A stretch of 62,027 nucleotides of DNA, the filler included, from Sphacelaria rigidula (lineage: Eukaryota): the NCBI GenBank assembly GCA_964200075.2. It is 10 parts of 10 records of this genome, joined end to end, with 100 filler letters (N's around TTAATTAATTAA, not from the genome) between each part and the next. Parts side by side here need not be neighbours in the genome. Positions count along the whole stretch, not along the records: positions 1 to 6,114 come from CAXNAA020022138.1; positions 6,215 to 12,328 come from CAXNAA020022139.1; 8 more parts are not named here. One strand, given 5' to 3'. Positions within the stretch are counted from its first letter, which is position 1. The number at the start of each line of letters is the position of its first letter. The translations under genes were made by a program, and so were the position numbers. The notes beneath the pieces are model-generated. The model did no database searches. It saw nothing but the letters and a program-made list of their open reading frames with translations, and was not told the DNA's origin. Below, one piece after another: positions 1 through 12,328 of the stretch.

Positions 1-7
1 CCCGACA

Positions 8-69
8 TTGTAGGGATCCTTGGTCAATGGTCTCATGACTATGGCATGCATGATCATGAGTACACCCCC
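8..69 (+). mobile_element. 3' end fragment of C-tailed LINE (subfamily II), in the secA intron about 40 nt upstream of a splice acceptor
   Basis: TTGTAGGGAT..GGTCAATGGTCTCATGACTATGGCATGCATGATCATGAGTACACCCCC matches copies at 21317-21377, 30861-30921 and 35289-35333, and is homologous to the 3' end of the LINE at 57327-57410 (minus strand). Confidence 0.85.
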
Positions 70-109
70 ACTCCTGCCACCCTCTCGCGATCGAAACCCA
101 CAAAATCAG

Positions 110-3100
110 GTCGGCGACAGCTTTTTCCCTTGCGATCTGACGGAGGAAGCGAGTGACGCTCTCACGGAAGCCGTTAATGCGTGTGCTAAAGATCCGGACC
201 TTGGAAATGCAAACAATGGCGACGAGTCCTCTACGAAGGGAAAGTTGTCTCGAGAGGAGCTGGAGGCTTTGGTCTCTGCGGCTTGCGAGGCCGGCCCGGT
301 GTCGGGGGAGGGCGTGGAGGCCGTGCGGGAGGCAGCGGCTTCGGTGAAGGAATGCTTTCAGGAGGCATTGAAAGACGAGAAAGAGAAGGTGCGCGCATGC
401 GTCATTCCCCAGTGTACGTCATTCTCCAGCGTGTGTCGTACTGCAGTGTGTGTGTTGCCCCTGACCGGAATTTTTTATTTGTTGTATGCCGTTCTTGTAG
501 ATCTAAATCTTGCGAATGGTGAATGCTGACGAATATCTCGCGTTGGCACCTGGAGACCGCGCGCTTGACCTTCGATATCTTCAGACAAAACATTATAAAA
601 AAATCGACAGCAACTGTGATGCCATTTTTGAAAGAGCTATTTGTTAACACAAGGCCATGTGCTACTGGCGTTCGGCGTCCTCACCTCGCGAGGGGAGCTG
701 GCGCTGTTGCTACTCAACGTGCCAGCGGAAAAAAGAAAGTATGAGTGATTCAGGGACAAAGAATCTGAGAGTAAAAGGTTTGACATTGTGTCCTGGTTCT
801 CGATGTCGGTAGAAGGTGGAATATCTCCACTTTCGCAGGTCAAGGGCGTGTTGAACTGGGTCGTAGTACTGACTGTACCTCAGCACGTGGTCCTTAGGTA
901 CCATTGCGCCGAAAGCAGATACACAACGCGTGCACGGTATGCGTGTGTTGTGTTGTCATTCCATCTATTCTGGGCGCCAGCCTATACCTTGCGGTATATG
1001 TGGGTACATCAGTCAGGGTCAAACACGGGGAAGGCCAGCAACACAGGAGTTTTTGCTTTTTTCATTTTGTTTTAGTAATCGACCGTCCTTCTGCGGTGCT
1101 TGCCTCTATTTTTTATCGCGACAGGGGTTCGGCAGCCCCTTTCCCTCGTTGACCGTGAAGTCGACCATTGTGTACCCGCGACATAGTCGCTCTTCTTTGT
1201 TGGCGTGTTTGTGTGAGAAGAATCCCAGATCGTGTGACTGTCCCGAGATTCGAACCCACGACCCAACCGTCAGAAGGTTTCGAGGTTACCAAGTGAGCCA
1301 CCGGGGCGACCGGCTATGTCGCCCACCTAGTTATTGAAGTAGTGTTGATGTGAGAGAAGTCACAGGCATTGCGGTGCGGAAGGCTTGACGCCCCTCGATA
1401 TCTCGCACTTCGTTTCCACGTGTCCACGGAGCTTCTGTTCCGAAACGATTCGTAGCAGGTTGACCAAACATATTTCACATATTAATAGCCCTAGAACGAC
1501 CGTGTGCCGATGTATTGACTGTATTGTCTGTATGCCGTACTGTAGCAGCTACTTATATATCGTCGACCACGAACACGTGAACAAAATTCCACAGCGCGCT
1601 TCATCCAACACTTCTCTTAGAAGAGGCGAACAATGACTTTTATTCAAGCTTGATCAGGAATCTACTTTCAAGAGTGGATGGAAGGGAGGAAGTAGTGTCG
1701 ATGTGGAGCTGCCACGTTTATGGGTGATGACCCGGATCGTTTCGTATGTCTTGTCTGTCTGTGGATTTGCTTTCCACTTTTTTTGTTACGAGGGCGGGCG
1801 CGGGCTGGGGTGTTGTTTCGTATGTTTTGAAGGGGTTTTTGGAGACAGTTCCAGGAGGTATCAGCGAAGGAGCGGGATAAGGTCTCGATGATCAATTTAT
1901 TCTTGTTTGAGGGGGGCAAATATTCTGAGGGATCAGCGCTTCCTCATCTATGGAACCTGGCTACTTATAAAAAATATTTTCGACTCATGCTCTCGTCGAT
2001 TTCACAATACTTGTCACGTCTCTTGTATACCTAAGTGTGTCAACCTTGGAAACATTTTTGGCTTAGCCTTTTTTTCTTTTTTGCAGGTGTTGCACGTACC
2101 TCCGGTGGTACTGTAGGTACACGGTGATGTTTTGTGTGTGTGCTTTTTTCGCTATTGCGTTTTCACTCTGTTTTACGGTCGATTGCAACCGTACGAATTA
2201 GCCACTTGTAGCACACACACACACCTAGTGCGCTCTCCGTCGCAACGCCCCTTCTTTTTCAAACACGTCCAACTCCTCCCCTCGAGACGACTCCGTAGTC
2301 TCAACGGATCAAGCCATCTCTCCCCGTAACAGGCCTTGCATTCTGGACCCGCAGATTGGATCATGACCAATACTCCCGCACCGCGTCAATTTTTGTAAAA
2401 AAAAGTCGGCGAAACTGCTTTGTCTACTGATGTCCTCACTTGTTCACTTCACCTGCGAAAATCAGATACTACACGTTTACTGTTCAATTGACCCATCTGG
2501 CGGGAACCGAACCCCCGCATTTGTACAGCCATGGTGTCTATAGTGCTGTTCAGTTGTTTTGATCCGCCCAGAACTATTAACTGTTAGTATTGTGCACAGG
2601 GCACATAACATTTCTTCCCCTTTATTATTGCTGGTCCGAAGCTGTGGTGGCGGTTGGCTGACCCCAGCTCAACTAAGGCGACCTCCACCACAGGAACACT
2701 GTCGCCGAGACAGTGCGATATCAACGGAGGCCACAGCCCCGCCCTTCCCCCCCTCGCCCCCCGTCCTCCCGCAAAAAGGCAGGTTGGATCTCTCTGAGCT
2801 TTGGTGCCTACATGTTTGCAATTGTTTTTATCCCCTATTGTTACTAATCTCAAGTCCGCGTGAAGATGAGGACGGTGGTGGTTTGCCTTTTGCTGGAGTT
2901 GGATAATTAGCAGAGCGAATCGTCGGGGCTCTCGTCTCTCCGTCTGATGATTTTCGACTGATCGACGCGACGCATGATTTGCTTCGTCCCTAACCACGTC
3001 GGCAGGTGCTTGAGCTAGGAGGCCTGTATGTTATCGGAACGGCGCGACACGAAAGTCGGCGAGTGGACAACCAGCTGAGGGGCAGGGCGGGTAGACAGGG

Positions 3101-6012
3101 AGACCCGGGCGCCACTCGCTTCTTCCTCTCACTGGACGACGATATTTTCAGGTGCTCTCTTGCATTTTTGTTTTCGTTTTTGCTCTTCGTGTTGCACTTT
3201 TTTTTTTTCTTGTATACTCGACCAAGATAGAGACTCCTTTCGAGGGTGTTTCCGTTCAGTTTGCCACGGCTACTGGGCGCGTCTCTCATGGCCACGGCAA
3301 CTGTAGATACAGCGTAGATACAGCCTTTAGACACGGTCGCAGCCGATGAAATGCGGCAGTGTTTGCTGGTTCGCTGTCCAGAAAATTCAACCGCATGTGG
3401 CAAATACACAGTGGTGGGATACGCAGCATTCGAGATACAACGTACAATATACAAGACAGAGTAACGTCGCGCGCCGGTGATCTCTATGGTGTATGGTGTA
3501 TGATGTAGCCTCTATCGTACAGCTGCAAGCAATTCAATTACATGGGAACAAGGCGAGGTCGAACTATTGGCTGCTGGCAGATGCATATGCGTTTGTGAGA
3601 AAGTGTCTAATTTGTCTCGGTGGAAACGCGAGGACGCGAGAAGGGGCCTTTTTATGTGAGTCGACCGCGGCGCGGAAGTACTGATGGTCATTATCCAATC
3701 AACGATACTAACATACGATGTATGTACTTCGCCCGGGGGAGAGAGAGGGCGGCTGATTACTCGAGAGGATGGACTCGTCTCGAGTAAGGGAACAAGTTGA
3801 GGGTATGACGGAGAGCAGAAACTGGGTGCTTGCCTGATACCTGTTGACGGTCCCGACCACAATGGGTCTTTCTGGAGGCTAGCCCAACCCCACCACCCCA
3901 TCCCACATCTGGCAGTATACTAATCCACACCCTGGATTATGACAGTATATTGCACTGTCAAGAAGTGCACTATGTACAGTACGACTATTGCGCCTATCGC
4001 ATTAGACAATATATGCCACATTGTACGCAGTATAATGTTTGACAGTGTAATAGGTTGTCCTGAGTGTGTACTAATGCCAAGTTAAAGGCTATGAAGATCC
4101 AGATTTGGGAGAAATCCCCCCAGAGATGGTTGACTGTACTGGTTCGCTCTGTGACATCGGGTGAAGTACCTGGCTACAAGAGAATCGGCGATGAAGGTAA
4201 TGAAGGCAATCTTAGACCTTATTCGTCATGTGTGCGCGCACTGTGACTTTTGTGCTCATGTTGAATGGCGGCGTGCTATCTTGAGCAGCTAACCGAGCGC
4301 TCCCGTCTCCAACTCTTGTATCTGTTGGCATAATGTTCATCCAGGGTGTTCGGAGGGGATCAAGTGACGAAGATCATGGACAGCTTCCGCCTTTCGGACG
4401 ACATTCCTATCGAAAACAAGCAGGTCAGTCGTGTTCCACGGTATTCGGAGAAAAATCAGCATGTTCCACAACGAACAGGTTGGTCGCGCTCGACAGACAC
4501 AGATAACAACACCCTTTAACACCTTTTGGTTTTCATGACAGGCTGGCACTTCACTCTCCACTCTCCGCAGAGAACGACGCGTGGTCATTTTCCACGACGT
4601 GATAGTTTACCCACGTTCCACACGAAGAAACATCGTCGGTGATATTGCGTGACACAAGAGGTTGGTCATCACCCCTGTAGACAAGCGAGTACATGGGGTT
4701 GGTTATGTTTCATGAAAATTATCCCAGGGTGTGCTTCGATCAAGGGGTTGAGGTCACGACTTGCTACATGAACACTTATATGTCGTTCCTCTGGTGCATG
4801 GTGCTCTATCCATCTACGATGCTCGCAAATGCGTGCAGTGTATCTTGTCAAAAAGCTATAGTATTGCTCCAGTGTGTAACTGCGTACCTTTGCGGGCTTG
4901 TCATGTGTCATCGATAGATCGATAGATCGATATATGGGTAGATCGATCGGTTGGTTGGTTGATCGATTGACTGTTTCATTGACTGTTTTACTGATTGCCG
5001 CACGATTACTGACCCGCGAGGCATACCGTTAGTGTCTACCGTGTGTGGTGATGTGTGGCGATGTGAGGTGGCCTGATTTTTGTGGTGTTATGTGCGTTGT
5101 CAGGTGTCTAACACGTTGGACAAGGTGCAAATGAAGACGGAGGACTACTTTGCTGGCATCCGAAGGACAGTCTTCTCGTTCGATGAGGTGAGCGCATGTG
5201 CCCATCTATTCCTGCCTCGAGATATACTTTTGTCGTGTCGAGGTGAGCGCATGTGCTTCGGCCCCTGGGCCGAGACCAAAATATATCTCGAGGGGACCCT
5301 TGGAAAAATCGGTTCCGACAAAATATCTCTTGAAGAAACTTTCAAATTTCCAGTATATACCGTCGTCGCCGCCGTTTCGTAGATCGATACGAAGAATTTT
5401 CTCTATCCAGGAGGTGAGCTGGAAATGATTATGCATGCACCTGTGTGTCGTTTCCTCGATCGGAAGTGCGCTTCATTTTTTTCGTCCGACGAGAAGTACG
5501 CTGTGAAAGCGCGGTGCATGCCTGATGCGTGCATGCACTCCAGCTTTTCAATGCTTGTGGTTTTCGCCAACCAGTGGAGAATTGTTTTTCGTCTTTCAAT
5601 GTCATTCCGTGGTTTTTACTACCTCGATTCTCCCATGTGTCTTGTATATACGGCTATCATACGTGAATTCGCTATCGTGGACCCCCATGTGCGGACACGA
5701 GCGCCTCGTACGAATCAAATTATAGTTCTTGTATTTCGTGCAAACCTCCTCACCCCATCTTCTCCGTAAGATTACTCTCACAGTGTTTTATTCTCTTCTA
5801 CTCTACTCTGTTGTGCGCTGGACTGTTATATTTCGTTGTATAGGAAGCTGACCCCCATATTGTGTGTGTACGCGCTCATGAGTGCAGGTAATGAACGAGC
5901 AGCGTCTCGACATGTATCGCGCCAGGGACGGCATTCTCTACAGAGACCCCGAGTCCCTCGCACAGCTGGCACTCGATTACGCCGAGAAAACATGCACGGA
6001 GATCGTCCAAGG
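110..6012 (+). CDS. secA: Nuclear-encoded plastid/cyanobacterial-type preprotein translocase SecA, internal fragment; exons 110-388, 3006-3151, 4345-4423, 5104-5187, 5888-6012 (gene continues beyond both contig ends)
   Basis: Exons have AG/GT boundaries and compatible phases. They splice to ...DSFFPCDLT...[122 protein letters not shown]... The [21 protein letters not shown] motif is diagnostic of SecA. Confidence 0.95.
943..1315 (-). mobile_element. tRNA-derived SINE family A, full-length copy in a secA intron
   Basis: The minus strand starts AGCCGGTCGCCCCGGTGGCTCACTTGG (A box), then GGGTTCGAATCTC (B box). Body and ACAACAC-rich tail are shared with 12935-13302 and other copies. Confidence 0.85.
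2271..2540 (-). mobile_element. SINE family B, degenerate copy
   Basis: CTCGAGACGACTCCGTAGTCTCAACGGATCAAGCCATCTCTCCCC is the reverse complement of the 3' part of 14703-14995 and 29853-30112. Confidence 0.65.
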
Positions 6013-6039
6013 GTAAGAGGGCGGATAGCAGATGAAGTA

Positions 6040-6114
6040 CGTGTGTGTGTATTGTCGTCCCATTTATTTTGGGCACCAGTCTACACCTTTCGGTATATGT
6101 GGGTGCATCAGCCG
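6040..6114 (-). mobile_element. SINE family A 3' end, cut by the contig end
   Basis: GTGTGTGTATTGTCGTCCCATTTATTTTGGGCACCAGTCTACACC matches the SINE A tail. Confidence 0.8.
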
Positions 6115-6214
6115 NNNNNNNNNNNNNNNNNNNNNNNNNNNNNNNNNNNNNNNNNNNNTTAATTAATTAANNNNNNNNNNNNNNNNNNNNNNNNNNNNNN
6201 NNNNNNNNNNNNNN
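6115..6214. other. Artificial contig linker N44-TTAATTAATTAA-N44; also at 12329-12428, 18542-18641, 24755-24854, 30968-31067, 37180-37279, 43392-43491, 49604-49703, 55816-55915
   Basis: The same 100-nt spacer, with stops in all six frames, occurs nine times. Intervening contigs decrease monotonically from 6114 to 6112 nt. Confidence 0.99.
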
Positions 6215-9200
6215 GTACGTGCCCATGTTACATGTCTTGTCACGGAGATAGTTCCTCGTACAGTCAGAACTCGCATCGCGTCACGTGGGTAGCCCTCGGC
6301 TGGGCTCAAGTACCAGCACTTCTCGGCCTTCGGCTGCAATTTATTTGTCCGCCTCCTCCTACAAAAACCAGGCTTTAAGAAAGGAATGAAATCACCTTTC
6401 GGTGGTGATCCATACCACATCTCATGCGGTGATTTATGGTGCGGGTTAGCCGAGGCAGCGGTGCAGTTCAGGGCGTGACACGCCCAGTTCGCCTCTTCAG
6501 CCCACAGGCTGTCACCGTTTGGGATGCGCTGGTCGGGATACAGCTCAGATGCTTGGATTCTGGCCGCAAGGCCTGCTGTTTCGATGATACCTAACGCTCG
6601 CTCTGCAACACCGTTGAACTGGGGTGAGTCTACAGTTGTCTTCTATTGCTTAATCCTTTCTCTGCCGCACAGTTCAGCGAATGCACCCTCCGAAAATTCC
6701 CCCCCGTCATCGCTATGGACTATCTCAACTTTTCTCGGAGAGGCCCATGCAATGTACTTCGTGAAGTATCTCTCTGCCTCATCCTTCTTACGGAGGAAAT
6801 ACAGCTTTGTGTGCCGTGAGTGATGATCTCGGACAATCATCGTGTACGACTTTCCCCCGTTAGACTTGACTGGTTTCGGCCCCGGAAAGATCTACGAACA
6901 CCCTAGACGCTGACTTAGCTGCTCTCGTGTGTGTCGATCTTGGAATCGGTGCCCGCAGTGCCTTCGCCTCTGAGCAGCCGCGGCAGGGCCGCAGCTCCCC
7001 AGCCAGCTGCTTTCCCTGCTGCTTCGCCGTCTTCCTCAGTAAGTCCTCGTGGACGTGAGCGTGGGAACAGTGGAACTCGTTCATGTCAGCGGTCTCGGGG
7101 CTAGGCGGAGCCCCCGGGGCGATAACAGCATATGCCGAAGCACACTTGTCACTACCACTTTGATTGAGGCGGCGGGCGTACATTCTGAGTTGACGTGGTT
7201 GTCCGGGTATTATCAGTGCATTTCCTGAATTGAGATCTACCCTGAAACCATCACGAAAACCAGTGTAGGTGTGTCCCATGTATTGGACCCTCGTGAGTGA
7301 CAAGAGGTGATGACGGACACCGGGTACATGGTCAACATCCACTAGTTTCAGGATTGCATTCTGTCCGTCAGATCTGAAGGCAAGAGACAAATTTCCTCTG
7401 CCTACGATCGGGTAAGTACTACCTCCCGCGCACCGTAGTACCCTACCCTTGCACTCTCTGTACTCCGTCAGCCCATGGGAATCGTGGGAGAAATGCTCGG
7501 TAGCCCCCGTGTCAATTATCCACGGTTCGCCCTCACCCTGCTAACTATCACCCCCCCGCTCAACACTCAATGCATACTCGCCTAGGTTGCCGTTGATGGT
7601 GGTGTCCAGAGAGGTGAAAGCCTCCCCATCGGCCACCGAACAGACGGAGGAGTTGTCGCTGTCATCGGCCGTGCTCGTAGCCATCACCGCGTCTTCTTTC
7701 TTCTCTGTTGATCTCGGGCAGTCCCAGAACGTGTGCCCCTGCTGGCCGCATCTCCCGCAGTATCTCTTCGGGCAGTTCCTGGCTCGATGCGTCGTGTCCT
7801 CGTCGCAAACGTGGCAGCGGAGCAGCTGCCCAGCCGCCGGTTTGCCGTCCGACGATGCCGACCCAGATCTACTCGAACTCTGGCTCCCGCCGTTTTTGTG
7901 ACCATAGCCCTGGGATTTTCCCGGTTTCCCCTTGCGGTGAGCACCGCTCGGTTTCCCGGTTCCACCCCCGGCAAGAAGAGCCCGGGGATGACTTCTTTCC
8001 CCGGGCAAGTTCCTGTTTCAAAGATGTTGATTCGAAGCGCTTTCGAATCGAAGTCAACACGACCTCCCGTGTCAGCGGTCCCTCTCGATCCTCGAGCAAT
8101 TGCTTCTGGATGTGATACTCGAAAGGCAGCGCATTGAGGAATTTCAGGAGAACATGTTTTTCGCTTAGTCGTTCATGTTCCTCGTACGAGTTCAGGTTTC
8201 GTGCAAGTTCCTCCATCTCGAGCAGCTTCTGCTCTGGATCATCACGAACACCGATCTTGATTCCGTCAAACGTTTCCAACAAAGCGGTTCTCGCCCCATT
8301 TGTTTTGGGGCGAAAGACATCCTCGAGTTTTCTCCAAACCGCAGCAGGTGAGTGGGTTCTAAGCCAATATTTTTCTCCCTCCTTCCTTCTAAACTAGCTA
8401 CAAGCATTCGTCTGGCCCCTACGTTGACTGCCACTGTGTCCTTCCCATGTCTGTTCTCTAGATACCCCATCGTTATCTCAGGATTACCGACATCTACATC
8501 TTAAGAACTATTGCCGGCCATGGTGAACACCCAGTCAATTCCTTCGCCCCAACTTGCAATGGTCAAATGACTAAGGCAAGCAACAAATGAGTACCCCCCC
8601 CCCCTTGCGAAGTTAACAAACAGTTAACCAACAAATGAGTACGCCCCTTGCGAAGTTGACCAGTTCGTGCCCGTACCGAGCATAATCAGCGCTCTTGCCT
8701 GAAAATTTCGGGACGTTCGGTCGAAAAACGGGAATCCCTGACACATTTCCACTTGTATCGTTAAGTTGGAGTGACTCACGTGCGGGGACAAAGCCCCTGG
8801 CTTCGTCACTGGTGGCCTCGTTAACCATGTCGTCGCGCGCTCCGTCCTCTGGAACAGCTTGTCTCCCGATGTACCGTCGCTCCCGTCGAACTCCAGCGCC
8901 ACGCCGTTCCGCTGTCCTATTTGTGTTGAATTCCCCCCGTTCACTGTGGGAACCGTCACTATCGAGGGCGCCGTTGTTTTCTGCGCCCCCGGCCTCTCTT
9001 ACTGTCCTCATCTTAGCCAAGTTACTCTGTATTGTAGCTTGACTTAGCTGCATATCACGGATGAGCTGAGCCAAGGAACTCATCTGACTACGTACCTCTC
9101 GTAAATCCTCTGTAACACTCTGCTCACCGAAAACTGTAGCAGGCCTATCACCCTCTTGTGCCATTCTGCCCAACCGGTTGTAACACCAGTGTATTCCGTG

Positions 9201-9463
9201 GCCCGTGGCGAAGGATAGATAATTTTATCTTTTGTATTATTGGAGAGTGCCTAGACTGAGTTGACCCTATGACTGAGGGATCAGATGCTGAGAGAGAGTG
9301 AGCGCACATGGCAGCTACCCAGCTGCCATGAGCGGGATACTGTAGTCACAAACACTCGACTACCGGTACCCGCACGTCCGCATAGTTATATCCGCACGTG
9401 TGCATGTTCAGTCAGTGTACCTGTTCACATGAACACAGCAACCGCTCCGCGATATACACCACA
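6215..9463 (-). mobile_element. Decayed Ty1/copia LTR retrotransposon, 5' part: putative 5' LTR ~9190-9463, primer-binding-site-like TGGTGTTACAACC 9176-9188, then gag, protease, GAG-pre-integrase, integrase
   Basis: Two CCHC knuckles (CHVCDEDTTHRARNC, CGRCGQQGHTFWDC), protease WIIDTGATEH, HHCC region (FHCSHAH...CRGC), integrase core (RVFVDLSG, VHSDDGGEF). Copia domain order; frameshifts present. LTR limits are approximate. Confidence 0.92.
8557..8643 (+). mobile_element. Two stacked micro-insertions of the C-tailed LINE 3' end (subfamily I) interrupting copia gag
   Basis: 8557-8600 reads CAATGGTCAAATGACTAAGGCAAGCAACAAATGAGTA followed by a C-run. 8615-8643 ends CAACAAATGAGTACG and is flanked by the 14-bp direct repeat CCCCTTGCGAAGTT (8601-8614, 8644-8657). 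Removing both restores gag VNFARGEGIDWVFT. Confidence 0.88.
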
Positions 9464-11752
9464 GCACCCGCCGAGCGGAAAGTTTCCCCCACTGTGTAGT
9501 GCAATTGATTGAATTCCTAAGCAGAAGAAAGCAAGGCTGCTTCGTGTACCGAGACGGTCCGCGAACGTCTCGGAGTTTCGTTTTGCAGGATACATACGGT
9601 GGCTGCCCCACTCCTTGATGCCTCGACCCGTAGGCCATGCCGACATATATGTACTGAGCAGTTTTGGCTGTTTGACAAGGGTTAGCAGGGACATGCTCCT
9701 CGGATGGCTTGTGTGGCGTGGGCATGGCGCTTTCAGGTTGTGATGTTGCCTCTCAATGTAAGTCTCCAATACGTGGTCCACGTAATGCCCATGTAATCGG
9801 CATGAACGGTTTCATTTTATTGTGACTATTTTGCCGCTGCTCGCATCGGCTTCAGGCACATGTACCGGGGGGTGTAGTGGGCTCGAATTTACTCTCAGGA
9901 AAGCTAGCATCACTTTATCATGATGGTTCCCGGATGACGGACATTTTGGACATCCCATCCAAATGGCCACAGGCGAGCGAATGGAGCGAGGCTGCGATTC
10001 CACTATTGGGATCCTTTGCAGCAATTCCGCCCACTTGAAAGGCGTGTAGCAGTCCGAAATCAGCTATAACGCCCAAAGGAGTCGCTTCGTGCAGCACAAA
10101 ACCGGATCTGACGGCACTTTTGATCATCACTTCCGTGCACCTTTTTGGCCGGTTCGGGGGGGGGGCTATCTCTGCATGTGATATGATGTGACTGCAGGAC
10201 GTAGCCATGATCTTGGGCAAAAGTGACATTGAATGATGGACATTTTCATGCTCAATTAGCGGAGAATTCGCTGCCCCTTGAGGTTGACGTTCTACGGAGA
10301 GCATGTATTTGAGTTCGAAAAAAGGTAGTGACCCAACCATGGCATGAATTGACGAGCACGCCTTTTGGGATTGTATGGTTTGACCTTAGCTATGTTGATT
10401 TAGGGGGCGGCGAAGCGCGTTCGAAATAAGCAGCCCCGACGATCACTCTCTCTTCTCATCTCGGTTTTTGGCTGCGATTCACCAGTTTCCCCATTGGAGT
10501 ATCTACAAACCGGGAGAAAGTGAGTCCCAGAGATGAGAGCAGTAGTCGGGCTGCTTTTTTGTCTGGTGTGTTTATTTATATAGGTTTCGGCTTGTTTCGG
10601 TTTGTGTTGTATCTCCCTGTTCTTTAGATGAGGTTGGATGCAGCCAATTGTGTGATAAAAGTGCTACTCTGGTCTGTATTATTTGCTCGTTGTCTCCTTG
10701 TGCGAAAGCAACACGAGAGCGACTGTGGTCAGCCCGCGCTGTTGATCTGAGTAAACAAACAACGTACGCAGAGGTCTGAACCTGGAACAATCTTGGTGAA
10801 CACCATGACAACCTCCTCAAGTGCCTTCATCTTTATCACATCACAGTTGGAGCTCCCGCACTGCCTCTGCTGTACTTTTGTTTTTAGTTGCGTTGTGTTC
10901 ACAACTGCCGAGCTGCCGTGTACACTACACTCCCACTGTGTGCCTTGCATGCGCGTCTCTTTTGTTTGTTGATCGTCTAGCCGTCTGTAGTTGTTGCTCT
11001 GTCCTCTATCCCTGGCAAGATGAGTTCAAGGGCCTCTGATACACTAGACGCTCGCACCCTGCGCCGCCTCCGACGCGAACGTACGCGAGCAGTAGCACTT
11101 GCCCCCCCCACCATCCTCACCTGCTCGTCCCAGCTGCCTATATGTGGCAACTGCCCCAGTAATGATACCCATCTACTCTGTAGCGGATGCGAGTCACCAG
11201 GTAGAGTCCAATTTATACCGTGACTCTCCTGCCCCATTACATTTTTTCCCACATGAGCTGCCCGAATGTTATCATATACCAACTCTTTTCTACCACCACC
11301 GGCACTGTATCAGCGTGCATCCTTTCGCTACACCCACCCCGCCGCATGTACCGCCGGCCTTTTATTCTTCAGTAGCTAATATTGACCGTCTCTTGCTGTC
11401 TCAAAATATGCTCACCGTGCAACACATTTGTTTTGTGCCCAGCCTGGGTGTTGACTGTACATCATCCGACCCCACCATGTACTATGTATGTGAACCCAAC
11501 GTCCGTGATAACACTCCCGTACCACCCTCTTCCCAAGGTTCTGTGCTCATCCAGTAAATTTCGTGGACTCCGGTATGGACAACTCGTCCGCACACTCTCT
11601 CTCATACCTTCTTAGATTGCCCCTCCCTGTCTATCACGGGGGCCTGGCCGACTCCCACCACGCCCACAGCCTCCTACAATAGATTATTTGCCTCTTCCAT
11701 TTCCAATGCAACACCCCGGTCACTCATTACTCTCCTTCTTTCTACACTGACT

Positions 11753-12315
11753 GTGACGCGCACCCGCGCAGGTACACAAGCAATATCTAATTCCCCGACT
11801 TCGCTTGAGCTACGTGCCGATGACGAAGGCACATCCTCTTCCGAATCCGGTGAACCACTGCTTGCGTCGGACACAGTCTTGCATGATCCAGTCATTGAAA
11901 GTGTCGAGGATGATGATGATGATGATGCTCAATCTCAGTCGGGAGGAATCCCCCTCTCTACGGTGCCCGACGTACAGCCGGGACTTGATTTCCCACTGTA
12001 TGCCGCCACCGCTCAAACTTTTACCAGTGACACTAGACACGTCGACTCTACTGCTAGTGGTGACCATTCGGTTCGTGATCATTCCCCTCCTGAGCCCTAC
12101 GCTTCTGACGTCGTAGCCTCGACGAGTGATCGTGAGTCGGAAAAAAAAACGTCTACGCACCTACCCAACAAAGCACGCGACAAAGCTAAGACCCAGTTCA
12201 AACATGGCCGTCCCGCTGCTATTCCAGCCCACGCGTGGGACGAATTTTCCCGCGAGGAACAAGCCGCGTACTGGGACGACTTGTTGGCCCAGACCGTACA
12301 AGCGCAAGTAGAACG
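11753..12315 (+). other. Acidic/Ser-rich ORF, possibly the N-terminus of a retroelement gag-like protein; interrupted by a MITE end at the contig edge
   Basis: About 190 open codons of low complexity; no recognisable domain. Confidence 0.25.
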
Positions 12316-12328
12316 GACACTTTCTACG
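12316..12328 (+). mobile_element. Left terminus of MITE family S1 at the contig end
   Basis: GACACTTTCTACG matches the terminal inverted repeat (TIR) of 21243-21604. Confidence 0.6.

Noticed and set aside
20..109. Recurrent peptide VNGLxTMACMIMSTP in several ORFs (20-529, 14546-14746, 35225-35431) as a conserved protein motif
   Set aside because: It is the translation of the inserted LINE 3' end. In ORF 20-529 only 110-388 is a real secA exon.
6115..6214. Regularly spaced TTAATTAATTAA palindrome every ~6.2 kb
   Set aside because: It is an artificial linker embedded in Ns. The spacing reflects length-sorted contigs, so any gene-cluster or synteny reading across linkers is invalid.
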